Source of the DNA: Paraspadella gotoi
Lineage: Eukaryota; Animalia; Chaetognatha
NCBI GenBank assembly: GCA_051294375.1
Contig: CM119263.1
Coordinates: forward strand, 21,436,494 to 21,500,493
Length of the DNA stretch: 64,000 nucleotides
Reading direction: 5' to 3'
How positions within the stretch are numbered: position 1 is the stretch's first letter; each line of letters begins with the position of its first letter. Of this stretch, positions 26,055 to 40,239 are shown one piece after another. The position numbers were made by a program, and so were the translations under genes. The notes beneath the pieces are model-generated. The model did no database searches. It had not been told where the DNA came from and was given only the letters and a program-made list of their open reading frames with translations.

Positions 26055-27030
26055 ATGCAAAACACCAAATTATTTTGCCTTCCAATCTCATGTAGTTGCT
26101 TTGCTCATTAGGCATGAGCATGACAAACTAAGGTCATGCCGGAGTTGAACCATGTTCATGTACTTTAAGACAAAAGGTTTGATTCTCAAAGGTCGCCAAA
26201 TGGTAAAAAGGAAAAGGTAAATGTTTTTTATGCTTACGACTTCATGCCAAACCCTGCCTCACACAAGATGGCTCCTCTCCCTGCATTCCGTGTTCAAGAA
26301 GGTATCGTTCCGTTTGCAAGAACACTGGTGTCGATTTTAATGGACCTTTTGAGGTAAAAAGGGCCGTGCATTACAAAAAAGATGGATTGTTATTTTACTT
26401 GTTTGAAAATGCGTGCTGTTGCATTTAGAGGTTCTGCTGAATTTTATCTCCACGCTTTTATAAACTGTTTGTTCGAGCTTTATTTCCCGCCGGACCTGGG
26501 CGTGAGAAATGATTTCAGATTGTGGCACGAAGTTTTACGCGGTCTGGTCAAGAGCTTGGGTAAAAAACGTCTCAAAGAGCTGGGAACGCCGACATCAACT
26601 TCCATCTGCGCATCAAAAACGGTATCCAATGGTCGCTTCAATCCGCCCCGCGTCGCACTGGGTGGCGTCTTTGAGCGTGCTTCGGTCCGCTCACAAAGAA
26701 TCCTCACGAATGTCTGCCACACGGAACTGCCCAGCTACTACTCACCGACAGATGTCTCAAACGACGGTTCGTTGTTGTTGGTCGAAGGAATCTGAATCAA
26801 CGTCCCTCACCATGTCTCCGACGATCCTCGCGAATTCTCCAACCCCTCAAGCCCTGCGCGGATCGTCGCTGGCTCCCTCCCTTCAATCCGCATCCCAATA
26901 GTCCCGCCAGGCAATGGCGGAGAGGGCGCTGTCCTGCGACGTCACAATGGCGTTCTTTCTAACAGCAACTCGCGACACATTCGGCGCGGCTGGGTGCGCG
27001 AAATATTTAATTAACTCTCCAAGAAGCAAA
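26055..27030 (+). pseudogene. BEL/Pao integrase (HHCC zinc finger plus DDE core)
   Basis: RHEHDKL-GHAGVEH...CFLC; PF..TGVDFNGPF; FTCLKMRAV (ORF 26382); SDCGTKF (ORF 26509); FNPP...GGVFER; RW.REYL. Confidence 0.88.
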
Positions 27031-27667
27031 GATCTCTCTCACACAGAGAGAGAGAAAAGAAAGGTAGAATGAGAAAAAAACCACACATCAAAAAGGGGTA
27101 GCCAATAGCATTAATATAAAATTTTCTCATGGGTGTGAACATCGTTGCCATAACGACAATTGCTTCATTTTTTTTGCCCGACGCCAACGAAGCGCAAAAT
27201 TTATCTTCATTAACTTGAAAGTTTTTTCTTTTAGAAAAAAAAGGGAATGGATGGAGATCGAGAAGAAATTGAGAATGTTAGTTACACTCGCCGCAAGGAG
27301 TATTTATATGTAAGATATTAAATAAACTTTCCGTGTCTATAATCTGTTATTGTAACTTTCGGTTGGCGAGCGGATCGAAAGATAGTGCTCTTTGTGGTAA
27401 AGCATTAGTTCNNNNNNNNNNNNNNNNNNNNNNNNNNNNNNNNNNNNNNNNNNNNNNNNNNNNNNNNNNNNNNNNNNNNNNNNNNNNNNNNNNNNNNNNN
27501 NNNNNNNNNNNNNNNNNNNNNNNNNNNNNNNNNNNNNNNNNNNNNNNNNNNNNNNNNNNNNNNNNNNNNNNNNNNNNNNNNNNNNNNNNNNNNNNNNNNN
27601 NNNNNNNNNNNNNNNNNNNNNNNNNNNNNNNNNNNNNNNNNNNNNNNNNNNNNNNNNNNNNNNNNNN

Positions 27668-29396
27668 GGGGGGAGAATCGGGGCCTTAATGTTGGGGACT
27701 GGAATTAATGACGGTTTTTCTAAAACTTGACGCCAAGCCAAAAAAAGAGGCAAAGGTTGGGCTAGAGATAAAGAAGGATGAAGTCCTTAAAAATATAACG
27801 ATACATTATGGAGTAATTATTAGAAATCATTTTTACATTCGGCCTGGTTTTCAAACAATTTAGAAATACGAAGGTTAAATTGTACAATCTTTTGACTACA
27901 ATACACGTATAATCCCTAATTCTATTACTGATTATTTTTTTCTTCAAAGTTCCAACATTAATGAATATTTTTTTCGTCTATTACAAGTATGTAATTAAAT
28001 ATAAAATATACAAAACAAGCATACGTCAAGGCCAATATAACTTTCTCTTCGAGTCTTTAGGGTTATTTAAAACAACATTTATGGCTTCCCTTTTCTCCGC
28101 GACTGATTTATGAAAAAGCATTTCCNNNNNNNNNNNNNNNNNNNNNNNNNNNNNNNNNNNNNNNNNNNNNNNNNNNNNNNNNNNNNNNNNNNNNNNNNNN
28201 NNNNNNNNNNNNNNNNNNNNNNNNNNNNNNNNNNNNNNNNNNNNNNNNNNNNNNNNNNNNNNNNNNNNNNNNNNNNNNNNNNNNNNNNNNNNNNNNNNNN
28301 NNNNNNNNNNNNNNNNNNNNNNNCTCACTCGACGCCGGAAAATGTCGCAATTAAATTATTTTTGTTAATGAAGATGGGGAGAGTAAACTAAGGATATTTT
28401 TAAAAAGTGATGCGCGGTGTTTGTTCTCGCAAATGANNNNNNNNNNNNNNNNNNNNNNNNNAGAGGAAGGAGAGAGAAGAGAGAGAGAGATGCCGCGAGA
28501 CGAATGAGAGAGGGAGGAGCGATAGAGAGAGAGAGAGCGGAGAGACGCGAGAGAGGAGAGAGAGCGAATAGGAGAGGATGACGAAAATGGAGACACCAGC
28601 TTTCCCCAGTAGGTTGGGACATTTTGGCGGGGAAAAGCGTTTAAGAAGCTAATTTAAATCCCTCTTTGGGAATCGGTGGAGCACTGGAATGAAGGGGCCT
28701 TCGCATTGAGCGGGGAGCCAGGGCGGCGGAGAATCGGGGCCTTAATGTTGGGCGACTGGAATTAGATGACGGGTTTTTCTAAAACTTGACGCCCAAGCCC
28801 AAAAAAAAAGCAGGCAAAAGGTTTGGGCTAGAGCATAAAGCAAGGACTGAAGTTCCTTAAAAATATAACGATACATTATGGATTAATTATTAGATAATCA
28901 TTTTTATCATTCGGCCTGGTTTTCAACCAATTTAAGAAATCACGAAGGTTAAATTCGTACAATCTTTTGCACTACAATACACGTATAATCCCTAATTCTA
29001 TTACTGATATTTTTTCTTCAAAAAGTTCCACATTAATGACCATATTTTCGTCTATTACAAGTATGTAATTAAATATTAAAATATACAAAACAACATACGT
29101 CAAGGCCAATATAACTTTCTCTTCCCGTGAGTCTTTTAGGCGTATATTAAAACAACATTTATGGCTTCCCTTTTCTCCGGACTGATTTTATGAAAAAGCA
29201 TTTCCCCTTGACCTTTTCTCCCAACACGCTTTTTCTAATTGATTCGAAGCAGCGAACAAGAAAAACCGAATAAATCTCCACCTCCGCACGCCGCGCAAAC
29301 TGTCGCCAATATAAATTATTTTTTGTTAATGAAGATGGGGAGGAGTAAACCAAGGATATTTTGAAAAAGTGATGCCGGTGTTGTTCTCGCAAATGA
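27668..29396 (+). repeat. Direct duplication: 27668-28436 ~ 28721-29396
   Basis: Both copies run from ggagaatcggg..ccttaatgttggg to ttgttctcgcaaatga; the second copy carries many single-base insertions. Confidence 0.92.
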
Positions 29397-30325
29397 ACTG
29401 TTGCACTGAAATTATAAGGATAACCTTTCCAGACATATAAATATACGTTAAACATTCTGTTTTTGATAACCAAATATTTCGAGTCAGTCTGAATAGATAC
29501 AGTTTTAAAATCGTCGAAAGGGAACCTAACATTCAAAGCAGCAATCAGACCTTCTAATTTCATCATTAAAAGCATTGCACATTGGGTTTTTGCGAAAGGC
29601 GTGTGTAAGGTGAAGAACAGAGCAAGAAGAGAAGCGATGAAGAGAGACAGAGAGAGAGGAGAGCAGATGAGACGATGAGGATGGAGAGAGAGAGAGAGAA
29701 AGAGAGCAGATGAGAGAGAGAGAGCAGCAGAGAGCGGATAAGATATGAAGCAGAGCGGGAGAGAGAGAGAAAGAAGGGCGAAGAGATGAAGAGGAGAGAG
29801 AAGATTTTTAAATAATTTCTTTCCATGTCTCCACTAAAACCGAGACGGAGAAATCGCCTTAACGAATAGAGGAACAAAAAAAATTCCACATCTTAAACCT
29901 TTTCAAGGGGTTTTTTTTTTTTTGGACCAAAAAAATGATGAGGAGACGCAGAAAAAAATGTCTTCGGCATTAGAAAATTTGAAAAATAGGCTTTAAAAAA
30001 GTTCGGCGCTGCCAGACACGCCCTTGCTGATAAATCCAACATAAGAAAATTTTTTCTTTGCTATAAAAAAAATTTGAAAAATATGGCGCAGGAGAAAAAA
30101 CAGAGAGAAAAAAAATCAGGAAGACACAAGGATGCCAGCGAAGATTTTAATTTAGGCAGAGAGATCGAGGGAGAAAGTGAAAAAAAAAGAGGGAGAGAGA
30201 GACAGAAAAAACCAGGGCCGCCAAAATCTTCCCTTTTTCCCATTTCGTTTTCCAATTTCATTCTCTCTCTCTCTCATCTTCTCTCTCTGTCTCTCTCTCT
30301 CTCTTCTCTCTCTCTCTCCTTCTCT

Positions 30326-30356
<31 letters not shown>

Positions 30357-31667
30357 TTCTTTCTCTCTCCTCTCTTCTCTCTGTCTCTCTCTCTCTCTGC
30401 TCTCTCTCTCTCGCCTCTCTCCTTTTTATATTTTTTATAATTTTTTTTTTAAAAATTCTGGGAAACTAAAAAATCTAAAATCTTTTAATCAAACTTTCCG
30501 CGAGCTAAAAGACCGAAGCGCGAGGTTCAGAGAGGCGGGCGCACAAAAAAGAATGGCAGAGACGAGAGCACGAGAGAGAGAGAGAGAGAGAGAGGGAGGA
30601 GACGAGAGGAGAGGCACCAGAGAGAGCAGAGGAGAGACACGACCACCCCAGGGAGAAGAAAGCAGCATAAAAGAAAAAATTAGCAAAACACACCTCCTTC
30701 CAAAAATAAAGAGAAAGCGAAACCAGAATTTTCCAAAAAAAAAAAGAGAGGGCGATAAGAGAGAAAAAAAAAGAGAGTAAAAAAATAAAGAAAATAAAGA
30801 AAATAAAGAAAATGGGGCTCGCGCTTCTCGTGTGCGAAGGATTTAAGTTTTTCTTTTTCTTTTCCTTATTTTTTCTTTTTTTTCTCTTTGTTTTTCCTTT
30901 CTTTCTCACCGACTCTGCCAATTCGAACCCGTTGAACAACAACGACGTTTTTTCTTTTGAGAAAATTAAAGGAAAAAAATGGGACAGAAAAAGAAAAAAA
31001 AATCTCAAAAAAGTGGGGAAGTTGAAAATATGAGGAACATGGGAAAAAAAAAGACCCAAGAAAAAAAACCCATAAAATTTCATGGTTTTCAGTTTTTGTT
31101 TCTTTATAAGTTTTAAATTTAACGCCTTTTCAGTTTGATATTTTTAAAAGAATTGTTAATATTGATATGCTTATTGCTTGAATGGAAGTGATTGCTTTTG
31201 TCTATACAATGCATTTTTATTAATTTTGCGGAAGCAAAAAAAATTTTAGCCCTTTTGAAAAAGTAATCTGTAAGCCAACGATTTTTTTATTTAACTTGTC
31301 TTTTTCAAAACTCAGTTAAGTTAAAACCCTCTATCGGTTTTCTTTTTAATCAAATTGAAAAGAGAAAGAGAAAAAGCGGCAAGGCCTCGGTAAGTGGTTC
31401 TTACCCCGGTAAAATAATTGGGTGAAAAATTGAGGTGAGGCTGCTTTTTGGGTAAGTAACGGGTTATCCGAAACAACCCGCTTTCTTTTCCTTTCTTTTT
31501 ATCTTTTTTCTGTCTCTGTCTCTCTCTCTCCCTCTCTCCCTCTCTCTTCTAGCTGCCAAAAAAAAAAAAAAAAAACTGGCGAGTCGGAAAGACAAAAGTG
31601 GGCAGAATAATGGGGAGAAAGAGTGAAGAGACGACGATGAATAATGGACCGACCGACCAGTCCCCCC

Positions 31668-33082
31668 TTCACCGCCTCCCCATTTCTAATCCGAAAATCG
31701 ACGACGACCGATTCTCTCCCACAATCCAACTTCTTTAATTAAAACGACCTCATTTTCTTTTTTCCTCTTTCTTTCTTTTATTTGACAAAAAAAACGTTTT
31801 TTTCATTGAACAAACATCCTTAAAATGCAACTTTCCACAAACTTGCTTCAAGGCAGCTTTTAACGAACTTCTTAAAATTTAAACTTTTCGCTCACATGAT
31901 TCCAATCAGACCATAATCAGCAAAAAAAGAAGCCCAAGTAACAAAATGAGCCAACTATTGTAATTGTCCAGTTTCAAGCTTCGACGTTTATTTTCTTTGT
32001 AAAAATTTTATTCCTTTTTCTTCCCAAAATATAGTGTCGAGTTAATTTGAGGGCCTGGAATTCTTTATCTCGGCCTCGAACTGAGAGCAGAAGTTAGATT
32101 GAGAGATATTTTCCTTGCTTTCCTCTCTCTCTTTTGTTTCTTCTAACTTCTTTCTGTTCTGTCTGTCTGTCTGTCGATGCCTCCCCGTGAAGTTCTGTGC
32201 TGATTCTGTCTGCTCGACTGTCTCTCTCTCTCGTTCGAAGAGATCGGAGCATCTCTCTCTCTCGATCTCGTGCCTCGTGCTGACATCCTCCTTCGAGCCT
32301 CTCTCTTTCTCTCTCTCTCCTTATCGAGACGATGACGAATCGACGCTGAAGATGATGCACCTTGCAGCTTTCTCCATCCTTCGAGAGACGAGAAGACGAT
32401 GGATTACGATCTATGCTATTAATCTATAATTCTGCATATATATATATGTTCCGAACTCTGCAACCACTTGAAAAGTGGTGCCTGTCATTATCCTTTCGCA
32501 TAAGACGCAAGAGAAATACAAAGAGAAATAAATAACAATAAAGTAGTGTAGCGAGATCGAGAAGCGGAGAGAGAGAGCGAGAGAGAGAAAGAGAAGGGAG
32601 AGACTCTGCCTATGCGAGTGTAGATCTTCTCTCTNNNNNNNNNNNNNNNNNNNNNNNNNTTCACGCCTCCCCATTTCTAATCGAATCGACCGACGACGCA
32701 ATTCTCTCTCCAAATCCAACTTCTTAATTAAAACGCCCTCAATTTTCTTTTTTCCTCTTTCTTTCTTTATTTGCAAAAAAACGTTTTTTTTCATTGAACA
32801 AACATCCTTAAAATGCAACTTTACCACAAACTTGCCTTCAAGCAGCTTTTAACTGAACTTCTTAAAATTAAAAACTTTTCGTCACATGATTCAATCAGAC
32901 CATAATCAGAAAAAAGAATGTCCCAAGTAACAAATCGAAGCAACTATTGACATTGTCCAGCTTTCAAGCTTCGACGTTTATTTTTCTTTGTAAAAATTTT
33001 ATTCCTTTTTCTTCCCAAAATAAGTCGCATGTTAATTTGAGGGCCTGGAATTCTCTTATCTCGGCCTCGAACTGAGCAGAAA
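31668..33082 (+). repeat. Direct duplication: 31668-32093 ~ 32660-33082
   Basis: Both copies run from cgcctccccatttctaat to ctcggcctcgaactgag; they differ by indels and flank a 25-N gap. Confidence 0.92.
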
Positions 33083-33637
33083 GAGAGAGAGAGTGAGAGG
33101 AGATGCAGACGAGCACTGGACGACGAGAGAAGAGAGAGAGAGAGAGAGCAGAGAGAGATAAGCAGCAGGAAGAGCATTTGCCCAAGTTTTTTATTAGGTT
33201 TCAACCCCAACCCTGCAAAAGCTGGGCCGTTTTTTTTCGCCAGAGAGTAAGAAATTGCAGACAAGAAAAATAAGAGAAATGAAAGCTGAGAGACGAGAGA
33301 GAGAGAGAGAGAGCAGAGAGAGCAGAGAGAGGAGAGGAGAGCAGAGAGATTAGATAATTATATTATATCTATATAATTACTAATTATTATTTATAATTAA
33401 TATTATATTTTTATTTTGATTTACTTTTTTCGGCGTATTCGTTTTCGGGAAAAGTTTTTTCTACAATTTGTAGTTTGAATACATAATACACATTTTAACT
33501 AAGTAACAAGAAAACGTAAAAATCAAGATGAATTATCAGTTTACAATTATTACCTATTAAGGAAAGGTCTTCTATCCATCTCTAATAGTTTCTTTCTTTT
33601 TCCCTATTTATTTTTTTCTTTTTTGTTTTCTTTTTTT

Positions 33638-33696
<59 letters not shown>

Positions 33697-34043
33697 CTCT
33701 TTAATTCTTTATCTTTTTTTGCTTTCATTCTTTTTCTTTTTTCTTTCTTTTTTTCTTCCTTTCTTTCTTTCTTTCTTTTTTTCTTTCTTTCTTTCTTTCT
33801 CTCTTTAATTTTTTATCCTTTTTTTGCTTTGATTCTTTTTTTTCTTTCTTTCTTTCTTTCTTTCTTTTTTTCTTTTTTCTTTTTTTCTTTCTTTCTTTCT
33901 TTCTTTCTACCTCTCTCTCTTGTTTGCCCCATAAACAAAAGTGAGCATGGGATACAAAACGCACGGCACCCATTAAAAAGAAACGTTGGTCTCCGAAAAG
34001 AAGGTCAAAAATGACGTTTGGAGAAAAAGGGGGATCGCAAAGG

Positions 34044-34086
<43 letters not shown>

Positions 34087-35184
34087 GGAAAAAAAAAACG
34101 ATGGAAGAATAAAAATGCTGTCATTGTTTTGACGAAACAAAAAGGCAATGCGATAAAGAAATGGATGACAATTTTCATATTTAATTCTATTATGGTTTCA
34201 TTTTGTCGTGAAGACGGCAGAACGTGAGGCACAGATGAATATGCTGTATACGGTAACACGTTTGTCATCTTATTTTACGCTGTTTAATTTTTGTTTTTTT
34301 GTTATTCATTTGATTAGTTGTATTTTTTTTACGGATTTCTATGATTTCATGTTCATTCGTTTTCTCTTAATTTTATGACGCTCTCATTCTTTATTTTCTC
34401 TTCTCTCACTTTCTTTCACTCACCCTCTCTCCCACTTCTCATCCCTTCCTTCCACCTCCCCCCCCGGCCCCACCTTTCCATTTTTGCGCGAAAACGATAT
34501 TTCCTTTTTTATTTCCTCTCATAAACTGAATCTTCTGACCTACGCCGGATGGAATGCGTGATGCAACAATGGGAAATAAAGACAACAACCAAAATAACAA
34601 GGACCTCTCTCTCTCTCACCACCCACTCTCCCCCTCCCAAAAAACAGCTAAGGTTTATTTAGTTGGGATAAAAAACATAAATTTGGAGCCGAAGCGATGG
34701 GAAATCCTGATGTAGTATTTAGGATAGGTAAAAAAAGGGAACAAAGAAAAACTGGAATTATAATGGGGGGAAAGGAGAAAGGAGAAAAAGCAAAAAATAG
34801 ATAAAAAAATAAAAAATAAATAAAAAGATATTAAAACAGATAAATAGTTTGAAATGATAAACAGTGATCGGGTGCGGAAAAGTTTTTTTTTAACTAATGC
34901 ACCTAAACGATTTCAAGAGATATAAAAAGAATAAAACTTTCACAAAATTAGTCTCCCCCTCAGAAAAAAAAAGACAAAAAACTGAGGCGGATTCCCTAAT
35001 TATGCAAATTTTCCATTTTTCTTTCTCCCGACAAAAAAATTTCCCGCAAAAATTGAATTTAGCCCGAATTATTTTTCTCGTCGGGGTCACGCTTGCCTTT
35101 GGGGTTATTCAGGATGGGAGGAGGGATGACTCTCTCTCTCTCTNNNNNNNNNNNNNNNNNNNNNNNNNGACTCCTCTCTCTCCT

Positions 35185-35216
<32 letters not shown>

Positions 35217-35225
<9 letters not shown>

Positions 35226-35488
35226 TCTCTCGGTTAATTGGCGATCACGGGGGGCAAGCATAGCGTATATCGCTTTGTTACGGGTAAGCTAAAAAAGAAA
35301 GAATAAAGGAAAGATATAGAAAAAAAATTAGATAGACAAAAAAAGAAAGATAGAACAGTAACTAAAAGTATAGAAAAAATTCTGAAAGAGAGAAAGAAAG
35401 AAAGAAAAGAAAGCAAAGAGAGAAAGAAAAGAAAGACAAAGAAAGAAAGAAAGAAAGAAAGCAAAGAAAATTAAATAATAGAAAGAAA

Positions 35489-35523
<35 letters not shown>

Positions 35524-36952
35524 CGAAAGAGAGCGAAAGAAAGAAAGAAAGATCGAGGAAAGAAAGAAGAAAAAAGAAAGAAAGCAAAGAAAAAAAAAGA
35601 AAGAAAGAAAGAAAAAGAGAAAGAAAGAAAAAAAAACAACAAAAAACAAACAGAAGAGGAGAACATGAATCAAAGGGCAAAAAAAAGTTAAACCATTCCC
35701 TTTTTTTTCCGACAGTCAAACACCGCGCAAAAGGAATGTATATAAAACAAGCGACAAAATCTCAACATCAAATTCAAAAACCTTCTTGAAAAAAAAAGGG
35801 CATTCGATAATAATAAAAAAAAAATCTTGGGCAATCCGACAGATGCGAACCGAAATGAAGGGACAAAAAAATATGATCCTAGAAAATCTAAAAACAAGCA
35901 AAAAATTTTCAACCACAGCACAACAAAATATCCAGCCAAGCCCAGGTCACTTTCCCAATTCGAACGGCACAGTAGGGGAAAGACAGTCTGACAGAGGGCA
36001 AGAGAATATTTGAGAACGGAGGGAGGGAAAATGACGTGAGAGACGGAGAACTGGAATGAGGACGTGGAACTTACAGTTTGAGGATAAAATCATAAGCGTG
36101 TAGTGTGGAACCAAATGTTTTTCGAAAATATAGAAATAAATTTAGGAGACGATAAAATACAGTCAGAAATTAACAATGCTAAAAATATTTGACAGTAAAA
36201 AAAATAAAAAAATCAAAAAAGCAATTGTTCTGATGCCAAAATATATCCAAAGTCATCTGCGAGAATTCACGCGCGGCGGTTCTTCTAGCGTTCATCCCCA
36301 TGCGTTAATGTAACAAGCATTTGAAACGTTATGAAATTATGATTCTACATATCCAGTAAATTATTTTTTAGTTTTTTGAAAAAGGGAGGAAAATTAGTGA
36401 ATTGAACTTACCCAACGCCGGAGATCAGAGCCAATCTTTTCTTCTTTCACGGGCACGGGAAAGTTTTGCAAGTAAGTTTCTGGCTGCGCCAGTACTGACC
36501 AAATTTTGTTTCACAAATTTAAGCTTTTTGTGGTTATTATTTTTTTAGCTTTTCGCGTAATTGTCTTCTTTGTTTTTTTAATTCAATCTAAATGTTTTTT
36601 GGGGTTTGACAAAATAATCGGTCGCAACCGAATAAGTGCGAACCGAGTCGATGACACGAAAGATCGACGTAGTGGATAATTGATCGGACTTGTGAACACT
36701 TTTCGGATAAAAACGGGGGTGATTTGGTGATTTCCGGTCACGGTAATTTAGCTGACCGGGGATTTGGTGATGGAGATATTTTTTTTAAAAATCAACAATA
36801 TCTCCAGCTTTTCAAATAGCCTGAATTTGCTAATTCGCTCTTATTAGAGATTAGGGTCAAAAGCTTTTTGCGAGTTTTGGTGCACTAGAAAGGAAGGAGG
36901 GGGGAAAGTTCTTGTTCAAGAAAAAAAAAGGCAAAATAATCTAAACCCAGTG

Positions 36953-36987
<35 letters not shown>

Positions 36988-38849
36988 GCAAAGAAACAGG
37001 CTTCCCGACGCCAGTGTCTGTGAAAGAAGACGAATAAGAGGGGGAGAGAGCAGAAAGCCGCCGAGAGCAAGATCACTGTTTGTGACTCCGCTTCCTCTCT
37101 CACGCAGCTGCGCTCTCTCTCTATCTTCTTTCCTTCTCGCTCCGTTTCTCAACCGCGATGCACCCGGGACGCGGCCGTCCGGCAGGGAAAGCAAGATGCT
37201 GTTGTTTCATTGGCACCGTGCACGCTCGAAGGTCACGTGATACCACCGAGTCGAGATAAACAAAAGGTTTGAAGAGGTCCGGTTGAGAAGAAGAGATTGA
37301 GAAGAAGAGGCGGATGCGATTTCTGATCAAATCGACAAGAGTTTTCCGTTTGAGAGACGATTAGTTTTTTTTTTATATTATAACATCTCTTTCTTTTTCT
37401 TTTCTTTTCTTCTATGTTTTTTCGCAAATTTGCCAAAATCGAACACAATAAATACCTCTGCTAAACTTTTTTAACCAAAGTGAAGTTTTTATTCGTCGAA
37501 CTTTTCTTTCTTTACTTTTTCCGAAATCAAATTTTCAGGTCAGCTTTTTTCTTCAAAATTTAGGACTTTTTTCTGCTGTTTGTCCTTTGTAGCCACGATG
37601 CGAGCAAAGTGACGCTTTTATTGCTTTTACCTAACAATAACAGTTTTTCGCCTTTTTCTTTTTTAAAAATATTTTTTTCGTATTAAAAATTTCAATCGAT
37701 GAAAATAAATTCTTTTATTCTTTCGCCAAATTTGGAACCGAGTTTCTTCGACTCCTCAGCACGAAACTTGTGAACAAGTTGGGAAAATATTCGGACGCCC
37801 TTAAAAACTTGTTTCGTCGTCTTCGTGGGCGTCCGTCCCGTCGTTTTTCTCTTCGTCTTTTCCGTCGTCGGTCGTCGTCGTCCCGTCGGAGCCGGCCGCT
37901 TCGTGTCACTCGAGTCATTGCTAAATCGCGCCAGGAGCGCCGCTTTTTTCCAGCTCCGCTTTCGCAACGCCGCTTCCCGACCGCGCGCTCGCGCTACCCC
38001 GGACTCGCGGCGCAGACCTGGAGACCGAGAACCGCTCTCTCTCTCTTTCATCTCTCTCTCTCTCTATCTCTCTCTCTCTCTTGAACTCGCGCCTCTCTCG
38101 CCTTTGCTGTCGCCTCTCCCCCCTTCTTCGTTTCGTTTTCGCAGCGAGGAGCAAAAGAGAGACTGAGAGCATAGGTAAAGAAGCAAGGAGACAGACACGC
38201 AGAAAGCACACAAGAGACGCAATCTTTCGTGGAGCTTCGAAAAAATTGTTGACGCCGCGCGAACGGAGACGACGAAACGGTTGGCAGCTGGATGACGGAA
38301 GTGGATAAAGTGGGCGCATCCGGATGGCCGACTTGCTGCGTCGCTGCGAGAGTGTAGTTAGATAACGGATTGCGTAAGTATTAAAAAGTTTTTAAAATAT
38401 TTTAAGTTTAATTTGAGAATCAGTGTCAGTTTTTAATTTGTTGAATCTTCTCTCGTTATTTTTTTCTATTTTTTGTTTTCGTTTATTAAAGAGGAAAGTC
38501 AAAGACAATAAACGATTATTTTCAAAACCTGTAGCGAACGTCTTCGCATATCGTCAACTGGCGTGATCTCTCTCTGTGTGGTTTTTTTTTTCTCTCGGTT
38601 AATGGGATCACGGGGGCAAGTAGGGTATATCGCTTTGTTTTACGGGTAAGTAAAAAAGAAAGAATAAAGGAAGAATATAGAAAAAAAATTAGATAGACAA
38701 AAAAAGAAAGATAGAACAGTAACTAAAAGTATAGAAAAAATTCTGAAAGAGAGAAAGAAAGAAAGAAAAGAAAGCAAAGAGAGAAAGAAAAGAAAGACAA
38801 AGAAAGAAAGAAAGAAAGAAAGCAAAGAAAATTAAATAATAGAAAGAAA

Positions 38850-38884
<35 letters not shown>

Positions 38885-40204
38885 CGAAAGAGAGCGAAAG
38901 AAAGAAAGAAAGATCGAGGAAAGAAAGAAGAAAAAAGAAAGAAAGCAAAGAAAAAAAAAGAAAGAAAGAAAGAAAAAGAGAAAGAAAGAAAAAAAAACAA
39001 CAAAAAACAAACAGAAGAGGAGAACATGAATCAAAGGGCAAAAAAAAGTTAAACCATTCCCTTTTTTTTCCGACAGTCAACCGGAAAAGGAATGTATATA
39101 AAAAAGGACAAAAATCTCAACATCAAATTCAAAAACCTTTTTGAAAAAAAAGGGCATTCGATAATAATAAAAAAAAATCTTGGGAATCGACAGATGCGAC
39201 CGAATGAAGGACAAAAAAATATCGATTAGAAAATCCTAAAACAAGCAAAAAATTTTCAACCAAGCAAAAAATATCCAGCCAAGCCCAGTCACTTTCCAAT
39301 TCGAACGGCAGAGGGGAAAGAAGTCTGACAAGAGGGAAGAGAATATTTTGAAAGGAGGGAGGGAAAATGACGGAGAGACGGAGAACTGGAATGAGGAGTG
39401 GAACTTAAGTTTGAGGATAAAATATAAGCGTGAGTGTGGAACCAAATGTTTTCGAAATATAGAAATAAATTTAGGAGAGATAAAATACAGTCAGAAGTTA
39501 ACAATGCTAAAATATTTGAAGTAAAAAAATAAAAAAATAAAAAAGAATTGTTCTGATGCAAAATATATCAAGTCATCGGGATTCACGCGCGGCGTCTTCT
39601 AGGTTCATCCCCATGGTTAATGTAACAAGCATTGAAACGTTATGAAATTATGATTTACATATCCAGTAAATATTTTCTTGTTTTTGAAAAGGGAGGAAAA
39701 TTAGTGAATTTACTTACCAACGCGGAGATCGAGAATTCTTTTCTTCTTTCACGGGACGGGAAAGTTTTGCAAGTAAGTTTCTTGGCTGCGCAGTACTGAC
39801 CAAATTTTGTTTCACATTAAAGTTTTTGTTGGTTTTTTTTTTTTTAAGTTTTCGCGTAATTGTCTCTTTGTTTTTTAATCAATCTAAATGTTTTTTTGGG
39901 GTTTTGACAAAATAATCGGTCGAACGAATAAGTGGAACCGAGGTCGATGACACGAAAGATCGAGTGATAATTTGATGTGAACGACTTTTCGGATAAACGG
40001 GTGATTTGGTGATTTGGTAATTTAGTGACCGGGGATTTGGTGATGGAGATTTTTTTTAAAAATCAAAATATTCAGTTTCAAATAGCTGAATTTGCTAATT
40101 CGCTTATTAGAGATAGGGTAAAAGCTTTTGGAGTTTTGGTGACTAGAAAGAAAGAGAGGGAAAAGTTCTTGTAGAAAAAAAAAGGAAAATAATCTAACCC
40201 AGTG

Positions 40205-40239
<35 letters not shown>

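Larger units (their letters stand above)
21150..27030 (+). mobile_element. BEL/Pao-superfamily LTR retrotransposon internal region (gag-pol), frameshifted, RT core apparently deleted, 3'-truncated
   Basis: Motifs read across frameshifts in BEL order: Gag Cys/His knuckles (GLCFRCL..H....C, ~23855-24066); protease YALLDSG (~24240-24260); MLIGTD (~24561); LPVE.ALGV (24742); FSDASETGYG (~25095); IPRLELCAAV (~25238); KHQIILP, GHAGVEH, CFLCLR, MAPLPAFRV, TGVDFNGPF, RWIVIFTCLKMRAVHLEV, SDCGTKF, FNPP..H.GGVFER and W.REYL (~26060-27010). Higher GC and no microsatellites relative to flanks. The 5' boundary is approximate. Confidence 0.9.
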
